Positions 10,902 to 28,200 of a stretch of 64,000 nt of DNA are shown here, piece after piece. The notes beneath the pieces are model-generated. The model saw only the letters and a list, made by a program, of their open reading frames with translations, did no database searches and had not been told where the DNA came from. A program made the position numbers and the translations under genes. Source of the stretch: Trichoplax adhaerens (Eukaryota; Animalia; Placozoa); NCBI RefSeq assembly GCF_000150275.1, contig NW_002060971.1, forward strand, positions 165,212-229,211, given 5' to 3'. Numbering within the stretch: position 1 is the stretch's first letter; every line of letters starts with the position of its first letter.

Positions 10902-13885
10902 ATGGCCATCAAAGTAGCAACGTTGCTCGCAATCATTCTCCTCCTTCTTGGTAATCCAGTATCAGGACAAGTTGTCAAATTGACGGGGAATAATTGGAAG
11001 CAAGCCTTAACTGGAGAATGGATGATTAAATTGTGAGTATAGCTTGTGTAGGATTCATGCTTGAAGAATGGTACAGAATGATGAAAAATAAGCATTGACA
11101 ACAAGCTGAATCCAGTCAGCATCCATCGTAGTGGTAGTTTTGCACCCATTTGCCATAGTCAATGCTCACTGGACTACAGTATATCCGACATTAGCAATCG
11201 TTAGGCATGGACAAACAATAATCAATGGATACGGTAGCTGTGTATCTGCATAGCTGAATATCAATTGAAAAATAATGCAATAGTAGTTGTCATCAGCTAC
11301 TGCAGTACAGGATAGAAATACAATCGATCACATAGTGCACAGGAGCAAATGGAGAAAACGACGTCATGACTATTTCCATATACGGTAGCAATGACTATTG
11401 TTGGCTTCCTCCTATAGTAATAGTCTTACTGTGGATCATTCAAAAGAGACGATCAACATCAATCATGCTTTGCAAAATGGGAAATGACAATGCTACAGTA
11501 GTTACATCATGAAAGTACAATTCCCAAAATAATTGTTGATACTATCCTCTCCTATCATCTCAAGCCCTCCACGTCTACAGTAGAGTAAAAGAAGCCCTTC
11601 TTCCAATAGTCGTTGACTGGAATCAAGCGAGCGATACTCTACTCTACATGTATACTACCATAGTAGACATATTCTCAAATTTAAAAAAGAATTCAAAGTC
11701 ACATTGAATACAGATATACGTGACAAACTGAGATTTATTCTGACAGTAGTGGAACATACAGTACGCTTATCCTTTCATGAATACATCAAAATTGAAATAC
11801 CAATACAGGATATCACTACGGTAGGTAGAACATCAGAACCGTACAATCAACCGTAAACTACTAAACTTTATCATAGCAATCCAGCGGTAAATCAAGTTCT
11901 TTTGCTGATGGTTCATTCATCACGATACCTTCACATGCCGTGTCAGTAATAGTAGAATCTTATGATCACCAGGATGTCAATCCTAAATTTCTGTATCATG
12001 CACGTTACCCTGTATGAGGTAAACATCACCCGATTATATTATAATGATCAACACCTAACGCTTGTTACAATCGGACCTTTCCCAAGTGTTGCAAGTAATA
12101 GGAATATTATACATATTATTCACTTTTGAAACTTTATCTCATTTTACCTTCAATACTAATCCACTCATCTATACCTCTATCGCTACGCATTGATGCGTTA
12201 TATGAAATCTTAGCTATGCTCCTTGGTGTCCAGCTTGTCAAAACCTTGCTGAAACATGGACTAATTTTGCTACGTGGGCAAAAAAACAAAAGGATCATAC
12301 TGTCAGCGTTGCAGAAGTAGATGTAACACAAGATGAAGGTTAAGATCACCGTAATAATGAAAGCGCAATATTCTGAACTACTGATATAATGGCGATGCCA
12401 ATTACAATTGTATTGTCATATTATGATCACCATCATGTTACAACAGTAGCCATGATTTACATTTCTCATTCTATAGTCAATATTAAGTAAGACTCATCGC
12501 TGATGTTTACCGTAATGACTTTTCGGCTTATTGACTGACTGACTACAAAGACCTAGTTATAAAGTGTCATTTAGCCCTAGCCGTAGGTGCACTGTAAATG
12601 TTGCAAAACAAGTAATTGTGAAGTACTCTACAGTATGAGTAGGACAACACAATAATATTGCTATCATAGTGACACAACAGGATAGCCTTATCGAACAAGT
12701 GACAATAAATAGATTTGGTCTAACGTCGGAGTTCTTTTTAGCTTTAGGAGCACAATTTATGATCACCGCCTTACCCACTATCTTTCAGTAAGCAACGAGC
12801 GGATTATTCTATTCATATCAAAATCGATTTCATTGTCAATTTATGGTGCCATGATGTTGATGCAAACTTTTACTGAAAATACACAGTGTAAAGAACGGCC
12901 AGTTTCGCAAATATTCACCTCCACCCACTTTAAGCAACTTTCAGGCGTACATCACCAATCAGAATTGGGAAAAAGCTGATCCGTTATCTTGGTGGAAATC
13001 GCCTAGCTCTATAACGTAAGTAGATCGCGATAAAAACAACCGATCAACACAGTATTTTGCCTTAATGCTTTACCCAATGAACTTATTCCGTACAGGATGG
13101 TTGGGCTTGGCTATTTATATAAATTCTCCATGCAACTTAAGGTTATCCACTGTTGATGATTAATTGAAAATAGCTACAAATTGCATCGTTATTATTGGCT
13201 TAATATTTCAGTAATATTTAAAAATCACCTTTCCGATCCAATATATTCTGCTAACTCACTACACAAAATTCCCAATAACAAAATTATAGAGTCTCCATCA
13301 AATGCTAGTATCAGAGTACAACATTCCGGAGTATGTTGCCTACGGTATAATGGGTCTTGGATTTATTATAGTCGGACTCGTTATTGCTTTGGTAAGTTTA
13401 CTCAAGAGATATATCAATCAAATTGTTTGTGTTACTAACATTGCAATGCTAACGGTGACAATTTTACCATCTCTTCAGCTTGGTAGTTCATTGATTGATA
13501 GTGCATTAGGAACTCCATCGCCAAATAGAAATGTTCAGGAATTAATAGATATGCAACAACCCGAAAATGATAGTAATACACAAGATCCTGCAACCAGCGA
13601 AGATGTTCAAGATAATAACAATAAGGATGAAGATAAAGATAGCACGGCGGGAACTGATGAAGGTGCAAAGGTTGAAGAAGATTACGTAATAGTCAATAAA
13701 AGTTATACCAAAACTGAAGGATCACCAAGAAGTAGTCCGCGCAGAAGGTTCATTCATTTATTACTCATTATATTACCGTTAACATTGATTAATTATTCTA
13801 TGCGGTATTGCTTTACGAGATGAAAAAATCTTATCCTAATGTTATCACTTCATTCTTTAGGAAACTAAAAGCGTCTGCCGATTAA
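10902..13885 (+). CDS. TMX1: Thioredoxin-related transmembrane protein, TMX1-type (8 coding exons)
   Basis: Signal peptide MAIKVATLLAIILLLLG; GEWMIKF|YAPWCPACQ (CPAC active site); FMITALPTIFH|VKNGQFR; WWKSPSS; TM helix YVAYGIMGLGFIIVGLVIAL; acidic tail ending RRRKLKASAD-stop. Confidence 0.9.
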
Positions 13886-15232
13886 AAATTTCCTCTGCTC
13901 GTAACCATAACGAAATATTTTTAGACTCTGCCAACGATACGCATAGTAAGCAGGAAATGTGTAACGTTCCATTTTACCGTATGGTACTGTGAAATGCTTA
14001 AATTACAATAAAAACTGTACTATCAATTCTAACAGAATTGAATCAATGCAATAATATAACTCAGCTACTGTCAATTGTATGCGCAACCACTTTAAATATG
14101 TAAGTAAGATACTTGTCTTTTTTATATTGTATCTTAATAAATCGACTTAAATGTGAGTATGTGTTCGCAAAATGTTATCTTTCAATTAAAAATGGTGCTT
14201 TTTGCATATATTGTAATATGTTATATTCTAAATTTCATGGTAATGTTGTGATTGAGCACGTTATGGTTAATATGAATAAACAACACGTACGTATCGCAGT
14301 TAGAACTGACTGTAATACGAGTATACTTTCTAACCTGTATGCGAACGGCCGATTACTAAATGTTTTGCTTATTTTATCGGTATTCTCAGTCGATTTCATC
14401 GATCGAAGAAAATACGTGCAATTTCGTAAGAGTGTCCTCTGTTAAACATGACATATTATAGCTAAAAATCGGATAACAAGAATTTCCGTATGGTATATGG
14501 CAGATACATAACTTTTTGTCAAGCGGCAACAAAATCTTACTGTTAATTCTTCTTCTACTACTAAAACATCAAATGTATCCATAAACTTCAGATAACCATC
14601 AGACTGTACTAGTACGCTAATATGATCTTGATTTTATTATTAATCAGCTGAACGTACTCTCTACGATGCTGTATCCATAAGCTTACCTCAAGCCCAGTTA
14701 ACCTTCATTCAGCATAGGAACTATAGTAGACAGTACGCTTTTTTACTGCATATTCTACCTACCCTTTCATATTGAAATACAAACTAAATGATTTCTGTAT
14801 GTAACTCACGTAAAGCTAAATTATAATTGATTTGATTGCTATCTCCCCTTAATGAGTGATAAAAATTTTTTGCGGTAACTTCCTACGTATCGATTAATTT
14901 CCGACCAGTGAATCTTGAAAAATCGTAAGATAATACGTATAGCTGATACCATAAAGTCATAATAACAAAATTCAATGCTGGCCGTAGCAATCTATCGGTG
15001 CTCAATATTACGATATTTGTAATGCAATGGCCACATTGTAAGCAATAATAGAAAATCCAAGACATTGCAAAAGTTCGCTTTATTATTTGCTTTTAATGGT
15101 TGACTTAAAATTATAATTATCAAGATATACAAATGCAAAAGATTTGAAACCTACTTAATAGGAAGACATATTTAGATAAGGTATTAATTTACAGAATATA
15201 ATAAGATGCTATATTCGATGAATAAAAAACAC

Positions 15233-18200
15233 TTAATTCGAGGTCTGTTGCTGCATTTTCCATTTCTTTGCCATTTGGAGAAGTTTAAAGTTAGGCATAT
15301 TCTCTTCGCTGTCCGGGAATATGTAGTCGTAGTATTCCTCCCAACCGCCGTCGGTCTGTAAATATGTAAAGACATTCAAAGATATATCGTATCATAATTA
15401 CTCTAGAAAAAATACAATAAAAGATAAAATACCCCATCCTCATTTTGTGCTTTTCGTCTCTTCTTAATTTTGCGAGGCATTAACTTTTGTACAGCATCTA
15501 ACTTTTCACTTCCGTTTTGTGCCTTAGATTTATAATAGAAAATATGTTTAATCGGGTTTAAAGCCAATACTTTTGTACTTACTTAAAGGTAGAAAACTAT
15601 GCATGCCTACTTACTTCGAAATCTCTCCACGACTCCAACAACATTAATCTCTCTTCTTTAGCGTCTGTCTTCCTTAAGGCATTATTTGCACGCTCATAAG
15701 TAGAACTAAGAAATTATAATCGCATGAGACCATTATCAAATCAAAATTACAGCTAATCTACATAATTTTACTCACCGACAACGGTCAACTGCCCCATTCT
15801 CTTCAGCATTTAGTTCAAATAGAGCATAGCTAATCCAAACCTAAATAAAACATAGTTCATTCATCCTTTGAGATGTACAAAAGACTTTCGAAATGAAATC
15901 CATCAATACCAAAGATTACCTTAACATGTTGGGTCCTTTCTAACAGTTTTTCATATAAACTCCTAGCGTTTTCGTACTCCTCTTGACCAATCTCAAAGTC
16001 TATGTAACTTTTCCACAAAACCTAGGTATATTACACCATATACAGCAATTACACTAGACAATTCTCTGCTAATTACACTCACATCTTTCAAAATAATACT
16101 AGAGTAAAATAATACCTCTGGCATATCCATTATTGGTTGATTGATGGCTAACTCAAATATAGCTCTAGCACGCTCTACATCACCTAAAATAGTCTCAAGT
16201 TCCGCATACTACAGTATCATTATAATAAGCATCTATTAATACATAGCTACAATTATTTAATTCAGTATTAACATATAGCATAGCAAACACATAAACGAAC
16301 CTTAACCCAACTTGTACAACAAGAAGGATTAAATTGTAAAAATTTCTCGTATAACTGTCGACATCTGTCAAATTCTCGTAATTGTAGCTCCAACTCAATG
16401 TAGCTTTTATATAACTTCTCTTTGGGGCATCTCCCAATAGCATTGCCCTAATTAACAAATAATTCCGTAAGAATACATTATGACCTGTAAAATTTCACTA
16501 TACCCTACTCGTTACCAAAATCTTCCGGGCAGAAGTAGCGTCCTTTTGACGAATCTCGAAATTAGCCAACATTATCCATATTTTGGCAAAAGTAAACTAA
16601 TAAGCGAGATACAATAAATACATATTATAAAAGGGACCATTTATGACTTCTTACCGCCTGAAAGGACGTATTCATGATTAAAGTAATCTAAATTTGATAT
16701 AGAATCTAGCATAATTACACTTAAAACATATATACTGAAAATCAGCGGCAATGTAATTTGAAGAAATGTTAGTTTAGATATATTAGCAGAACTGAAAAGA
16801 ATCAACGAAATTGTAAAGCTTCATTGTTCTCACCTTCTTGTGAGGTATAAGATTTAAGCAAGCCGTGTAGACCTCTCGTGCTCGTTTTACATCCTGAAAT
16901 CATTATCGCAACACTTTTAAATATTTCACTATAGTACAGTATTTTGCTAAGTACAAAGCAAAAAATATCAAACCTTAGCCACTAATTCTTCAAATAAGGC
17001 GTAATAAATCCAAAGGTATATATATCGGCGCCAATAGCGTTTTTCCTAAAAGCCGATTGCTGTCTTTAGTATCGTATGATAGCATAATCTACTTATGGTA
17101 GTAACTTAAATATTTTACTTGAATTAAAGGAACGTTAGCTATAGCCCGTTCATAGATTTCACGAATAGCTTCTTCATCTTCCTCATTTTCCATTAGTCGG
17201 ACGTAATCAAACCAAACATCATAGTTATGAGGATTACTTTCAAGTTCCTAAAACGGCATTATCGTGGTATTATCATAGGTTAAATAAAACTATGCATTTA
17301 CTCTATACAGCACGCTATCACATCATCTCAATAACAGATATACAATTCTATGCAGTACAACAAGATCTCTCTCAGAAATTCGACTACTCAATAAGGTAAG
17401 GTTCAAAGTATAAACTTGTAATACTGTAGTACTAGTATTGAAGTGGAAAGTATTTTACCTCTTCATATTGACGACGACGTTTACTAGTAACCACAGTCTC
17501 TATGCCCATTCGATCCCCATGTCTTTTCTCGAACTGTGTAAAATTTTTATATAATTCTTTGGCATCTTCCTTAGGCAATGTGTCTAAGGCATACTTATAA
17601 ATCATACGAGCACGTTCAAACTACGAAAGAAAAGTGTATAGAAAATATACAATTAGTATTTCAAAATTATGCATTAATCATTCTCACTTAGCATATTAAA
17701 ATACGATATACCTCTTTGCACTTTTCCTCGAGTTTAGAGAAAGCGATAAATATAGATTCATCCATAAGTTCATCGCCATAAAAATCCATAGCGCGCTCAT
17801 ATACTTTCCTAGCTTCCTCTATATATTTCAGTTATATATATGTCAATACGTATAGATCAGCAGGAGTTAAGATTAACAAGATATAAAATAACAGCATTAG
17901 ACTCGTTAATGTAAATTAACCTGAGCCACCGTGTTGCTCTTCAAATCTTGCAAATTTAATCCAATTTTTTATATCAGGATGAACGACCACAACTGTAAAA
18001 GCATTAAAATATTTATCCATAAGATCAAGTACATCTAAAAAGATCCTTATTACATTAAGAACTGACACATGATATCAATATTGTAGCATCTATGAGCAGT
18101 AGATAAGATAAGCCTAATAAAAAATAATAACGTACATCTTTCGTAAATATTCCTCGCCTTATCGACCTCTTTATATCTTAGTTCCATTTTAATGTACGAA

Positions 18201-19752
18201 AACCATGCCTACGGATAATATAAAAAACTTGATTAAAAGATTTATCCAAATTAACGTTCCAATCGGTAGTACTGTTTACAACCTATCCACCACTATCGCG
18301 TCATGAAATGTTTGCTAGTTAAATAACCTGTTCTTCTGGTTCCCATTTCATCCATCTTTCAAAAATTTGACGTGCAGCAGGTATGTTACCAAGCATTTCT
18401 TCCATGTACGTATATTTATACCTACAACGTTAAAATTGACCATAAGGTTAATCTTGACTATAATGGCCTGTAGCAGTAAGTCGAAAGAACTACGCGTGTA
18501 TATCAAAATTAATAAATTAACGTCGTATTCTTACCAAAATTGATTAGCACGAGGTAAAATAGTGACGGCTCGATCCCAAATATTTCTGGCATGATTTATT
18601 TGACGATTCCTTTATAAAAGTGGTTGTGTAAAATGAATATTTGTAGCAATTTGTATCAATGACAATTTGATTAGTCAAGGTAGCAAAGTATAAAGTCTAT
18701 ACTACGTGTATGTTCAATATATTACACATACCTCATTTCCATTTCAGCATATTTCAGCCATACTGCCGTGTTACGATGGTCAACGTCAAGACCTCTTTCG
18801 TAAATAGACCTAGCCCTATTTCATTAATTATATAATATATGCATTTTAGTGTCTGGTTAGGACAGAAGAGGATATCGTTGTCATTAAGCAGGCCTAAGCA
18901 ATAAAGATAGACGTTTAACCAATGGCACTGGCACACCCGTTACTAATTTTAAAAATTTCAATATGGTATTTATTAATGTATCCGGTTGAAGGTAGAGAAT
19001 ATTTACCGATCAATTTCGCGCTGACTCTCTTCCCAGCTAGCATATTTCAACCAATTCCCCATTAGCGTCCGATTCTTACGCAAGTTATCTTCGAAATCTT
19101 TCCTTTTCCTTAGCTGATAACTTCGTAATTCTTCGGGATCAGTAATCTTTTGCTTCGGTGGCTATAATCATTACGTAAAGCATTTATAATGCAAAGAATG
19201 CATTTATGATGATGATAAAGTACTGGTGTAGTATAGCTATTTTATCCAATTTGCTAAGATTGTACTACTAAAGTGTAGATCACTTGTTTGCAATGATGAC
19301 AACACGTTCATCCAAGTGATTGAATATTGAATTGTATTCATTACACGTTGTTAGTACTTGGCCAATGTAGCCTAGATAAAGCAACATTATTACCGGTGGA
19401 ATTCCTTCTAATTGCCTTTCTTGGGCTTCACGGAGAAGTTGTTCGGCCGTAATTTGTACAGGAGCAGGCAATTTATTTTTGACCTGGGTAGCAATATGAC
19501 AATTAATATAATCCATGATGATGATGATCGCACGCCATCGAGTCATACACCAGTAGATAGGTTATTGAATAGAGTAATTTTTCTCTTGTAATGTATCTTA
19601 TATCGTAAAGACTGCTTGTTCACTTGGCTATATACTGTACTTTACTGTAGATCGCTATCTCTATCCTTTCAATTGATTGATATAGCAAGAGTTACCTTTG
19701 CCACTTTGGGGACTGACGTCCTGACATTTCTATTTTCTGGAGCGGTTGACAT
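15233..19752 (-). CDS. CRNKL1: Crooked neck-like pre-mRNA splicing factor (HAT repeats), multi-exon
   Basis: [19 protein letters not shown]|[20 protein letters not shown]; FEDNLRKNR; [15 protein letters not shown]; HNYDVWFDY; WRRYIYLWI; C-terminus [12 protein letters not shown]...[11 protein letters not shown]. Confidence 0.96.
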
Positions 19753-21214
19753 TTTCAAGTTCTTCAAGTATGATATCGACACAAGCAATAAAACACTCTT
19801 TGGTAGTGTGCTCTCTACTAAGAATGTCAATCACTAAATAGGCAAAGTAAGGCAAAATCAATCAGCTTCTATCCACGATGGCAATATCAATGAGTGAAAT
19901 ATTGCAGTGATGTCTAACCTTTGCAATAATATTTCCAGGATGAAGAGCATCAGCGGCTAACGATCGTGGGCTCCAGACTGCAGTGTTGTACTCAGCTTCT
20001 ACAGTGTACAGTACAGCATACTGTAGTACGACAGTACTGTACAGTACTGTACTGTACTGTATTATGTACCGTGTACAGTGCAATATACTGTAGTACTACA
20101 GTACAGTTCAGTACGGATCCATTGGCCGGTTGCATTCCATACAGTACAGTACTGTACAGTACAGTAATGTAGAAATAAAAAGTACTGTAGTCGACGTCTA
20201 GTGGAGGAAATAACGGTTTGTCATTGAACATAATTTATGAATAAGTTCAACGTTGTATGTCAATTTTAACTCAAGAATCTTGTTATTCAACTCTTTCATG
20301 ATCGCTTAATGTATTATTTGTCTACTTTCCAAAATTTATTTTTGTTTGGATGTTAAAATTGATGGGCTAAAATATCTGAAACATACAGTACAGTATTCCA
20401 AGTTTTTACACACCGCCGTACAGTACTGTACAGTATGTACTGTACAGTGTACACTGTACACTGTATATTGTACAACGGCAGAGTGTCGACTATGGAGGTC
20501 CAGCGAGCTAACCAGAGAAAGACTGTTGCAGTCATTTTCTAGACTGTACTGTGTACAGAAAAACTCCACTGCACCATAGAGATACAGTACAGAAGATAGA
20601 AAAAAATCGCTCTTTAAGGAGGAAAACGTTTCCTATTCATGGAGACCCTAGTACCCATGAAAAGCATGGGACATGGAGACCTAGTACCCATGAAAAGCAT
20701 AGGACACAGTCACAAACACATGAAAAATGATGTTAAGCATGGCGATGATTTCGTACTGTGCTTGTGACATCATTTTTGCGAACGGGTTGGCTTGCTTCTA
20801 CGACGATTCAGCATACTAAGTGCAGCTGGGTAAAGGTGCTTTGGTGTACAGTATCGCCATCGACACTGTACGATACACTATACGTACCCATAACCTGATG
20901 AATGTGAGCAACACTCGAGTGCATAGAGCAAAGGCAATGTCACCTATTTAGAGTACTACGTACTGTAGGTGACAGTCCAGCTACAGTACATCACACTCAA
21001 GACAAGTACTGTAGGGTGTACAGTACTGTACTATACGCATGAGTACCAGTATGGTATGGTACGGTACGGTACGACACTGGTTAATCCAGTACACTGCAAC
21101 CGAACCATCCCACTGTGGCGAATGCCGAAATCGCCACTAGACTCCATTTTGTTTCTTGATTTTTCAACATCTTTTTACATCAATCTTTCCCATACATTCT
21201 ACAAATAAGACACT
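19753..21214. promoter_or_regulatory. Head-to-head promoter region (CRNKL1 / SRP54) with TA-CWG-TA island
   Basis: Divergent ATGs at 19752(-) and 21215(+); motif chains at ~19999-20190, 20384-20590 and 20845-21095. Confidence 0.75.
20638..20706. repeat. 34-bp tandem duplication x2
   Basis: CATGGAGACC(C)TAGTACCCATGAAAAGCATRGGACA at 20638 and 20672. Confidence 0.85.
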
Positions 21215-25262
<4,048 letters not shown>

Positions 25263-28200
25263 TATTGTTATCGGACGTTGTGAAGGCAATTAACTACTTT
25301 TGACCGTAACATAGAAAGCAACATCTTAAGAATGTAAATCGCTATTAAGCATTCGAATGAAGAAATACCACATGATGAAATTATTCAACCTTACGAAGGT
25401 TAAAGTAAATGACTAATCTTTTTGAAGTATTCTCTGGTATAATAAGCAGACGTTACGTTTACGTTATACATGTTGACAATATACTGTATCATATATTCGG
25501 TAACGATCACAACTGATATCAAGTCGTGTTATCGTTAAAAATATTAATTTGAGGTGGATAATCTGTAATGAAATTAAAAAGAGTTGTAACTATTTTCTAT
25601 GTTCACACGAAATACTTTATGTATTGCTTGTGCAGTATATGGTATTTATATAGTGTTGTGCATAATGACAAACATTTGATGGTACTGTCTCACTTTACTA
25701 CTATTGATACGTCACTATGCTTTGTAACATTTGCTATTCTTGCATTTATAACAACACAAATTTTAAAGGTATTGGATGATAATGCATATAATTTTAGGTC
25801 AAGTGCATACAAATTATTAAACTCATTCCCTCAATTTGAGTTGGGCTTGATCTATTTAATTACTACTGATAATCTCAGACATTCAATATTGTAACACAGA
25901 CGCAGAAGATTGTTAAATAATATAGAGCATGACATGTTCGGCCTTATTGTACTGAAAAAAGAACGTACCATAATAATTAGTTTTTTATCTATAAATGTAT
26001 TCGTTATATATTATAATCCTGTTAAGTGGCTATAGTATATTAGACTGCAAGTTTTTACATCATGACAAGGGTACCTTCAATAATATCTACGTATATCAGC
26101 ATTCCATTCTTTCGACAGGCTTATTTCTTTTTAAAGACTACCCCATTCAAGGTAACTTTCATAACTCTCCAATGCAATAGATATACTCTACGGAGAAAAG
26201 ACTGCTAAAATACTGCCAAAAGAAGTTATTCTTCGCTGCCAAACTTTTAGGAATTACCGTAAGAGAGTTGATTTGATGAAATAAGAAGAGTTGTCGCATG
26301 AAATGTCAACTATGTTTGTATTCACCTACTATTAAAATACTACTGGTACGCTACATTTGCATAAAAGAGTGCAGAGCTCTTTGGAGTGTACAGTACTGTA
26401 GATGCAGGTGTAGTCCTTATGCCCTTATATCTTGCTAGGGAACTGCGCTTCCTGTCAATCGTATAAGGGTCCTTGTAACAATTTTTTTTTTGCAGTTTAG
26501 AAATGCAGTTCAGTAATTTAAAGCATTGAGAGCATTAAAGATCAGAGTAATAAATATAAAACACGATAAGTGCGCCACCACTAATAGCTGTAACGTTATA
26601 GCCAAATGCTTTTCGTACAGTATAACAGACCTTCTCTTCGAGGAACTTAATTAATACTCAAATAGCATCAGAAAATCATTCTGGTACAATACAATAAAAG
26701 TATGCCATATTACACCCTAGCCAGCCCAAAATCTTGCTCGTGAGTGTCCGATATTAGGCGTTAAATCAAACTATATCTATCAACATGTATAATTTCCATA
26801 CTCAATATTTTCGATGAAGGTACGCAATCAATCATCTAAAAAACGATTCAAATAATATTGATGTAGATGGTATAGTAGCTTTAATGAATGGATATGCAAA
26901 CCGAAAAGTAAGGCAATTATTACATATCTACTTAAAAGTTAAAGCTACTTATTAGTTATTGTACCATATGAGTGATTTTATAACTCTGAACTTTGTCGCC
27001 GATGCACATTCAAGTAGTATTATAATATCATTTGTATCTTCATAGCTATAAAATTTTTGCATAATAAAAGATTCAAATATATATTCGTATCAGTCCCGCA
27101 TTCGAATCTTGCATATATACTACTACACAGTATTATGATTAAAAAACGTAAATTGATATTGGATGATTAGTTATAGCTGAAGACACAATATTAAATCATC
27201 GATATTTACGAATTAAGAAAATAAAGTAATCAATAAAATCGTCTCTTTCATTCGAATTGAAATCTTAATAAATTATGAATTTGTTTATAGCAAAGTTACT
27301 GTAATACATATTCTTTAGATGGTTGATTCCAATGCAGTATTGTAGTTTTAGAAGCTGATGTTGCATTCGAAATCATGTATACCTAGTATGGTGTTATGTC
27401 AATAAAATAGATTAGAAATTTGATGATAAAATCTCGGAATATCTCGATCTGATTCGTCTACATTGTAATATGTTCACTACTATAAGATAACTAAGACATA
27501 CTGATACTCTACACGAATGATTACATTTCCTGGCGCTTCATGTATATCTAGTAATGTCAATACACATAATTTATGCTAATGGCAGAAATATTGCTAGAAA
27601 TTACGCTCTATTCAACCACAGTTTCCTAATTTTTGCTGTCTACGGATGAATACGGTTATTTACAATATACGACAATTAATAAAATCAGTAGTATGAATAC
27701 ATAGCAAGAATAAAATCTTGCTAAAATACAACTCTTAATAGTTAGTTATTTCAGAACTATAATTAGGGATGCCTATGAAAGCTATCCAAAATTATCCCAT
27801 TAAATCATAATCAGATTGATGGCATCGGTAAAATCGAATCTTATTCTATATTTAATTTCCTTCATTTTAGCTATCACAACTTCACTAGAAGGTGTCTATT
27901 ATAATTATTTATTACGGCAGACAATATCCAATTATAAGCTGATATGCTAATGATAACTTTATCTTGAAGGCCCTTGTTACGTTATATCATTTATATTAAG
28001 TACAATAAACCTATTACGAAGTTTCTATTTCGTAGGACTAATCAAAAATCCCTAGTTCACGTATATCGTACAAAGATCAATAAACAGAATTAGTAGATGA
28101 CAGTTTTCACATTCAGTGAAGCACAAATTATATGCTAATTCACGGTTAATAACCCCATTCAAAGGATTTTCATTTATATTATGTTCTTGTATCACTTTAC

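Noticed and set aside
19999-20465. Simple (CAGTA)n microsatellite or telomeric repeat
   Set aside because: Units switch orientation and length within a chain, always hinged on TA; not a homogeneous periodic repeat, although slippage may contribute secondarily
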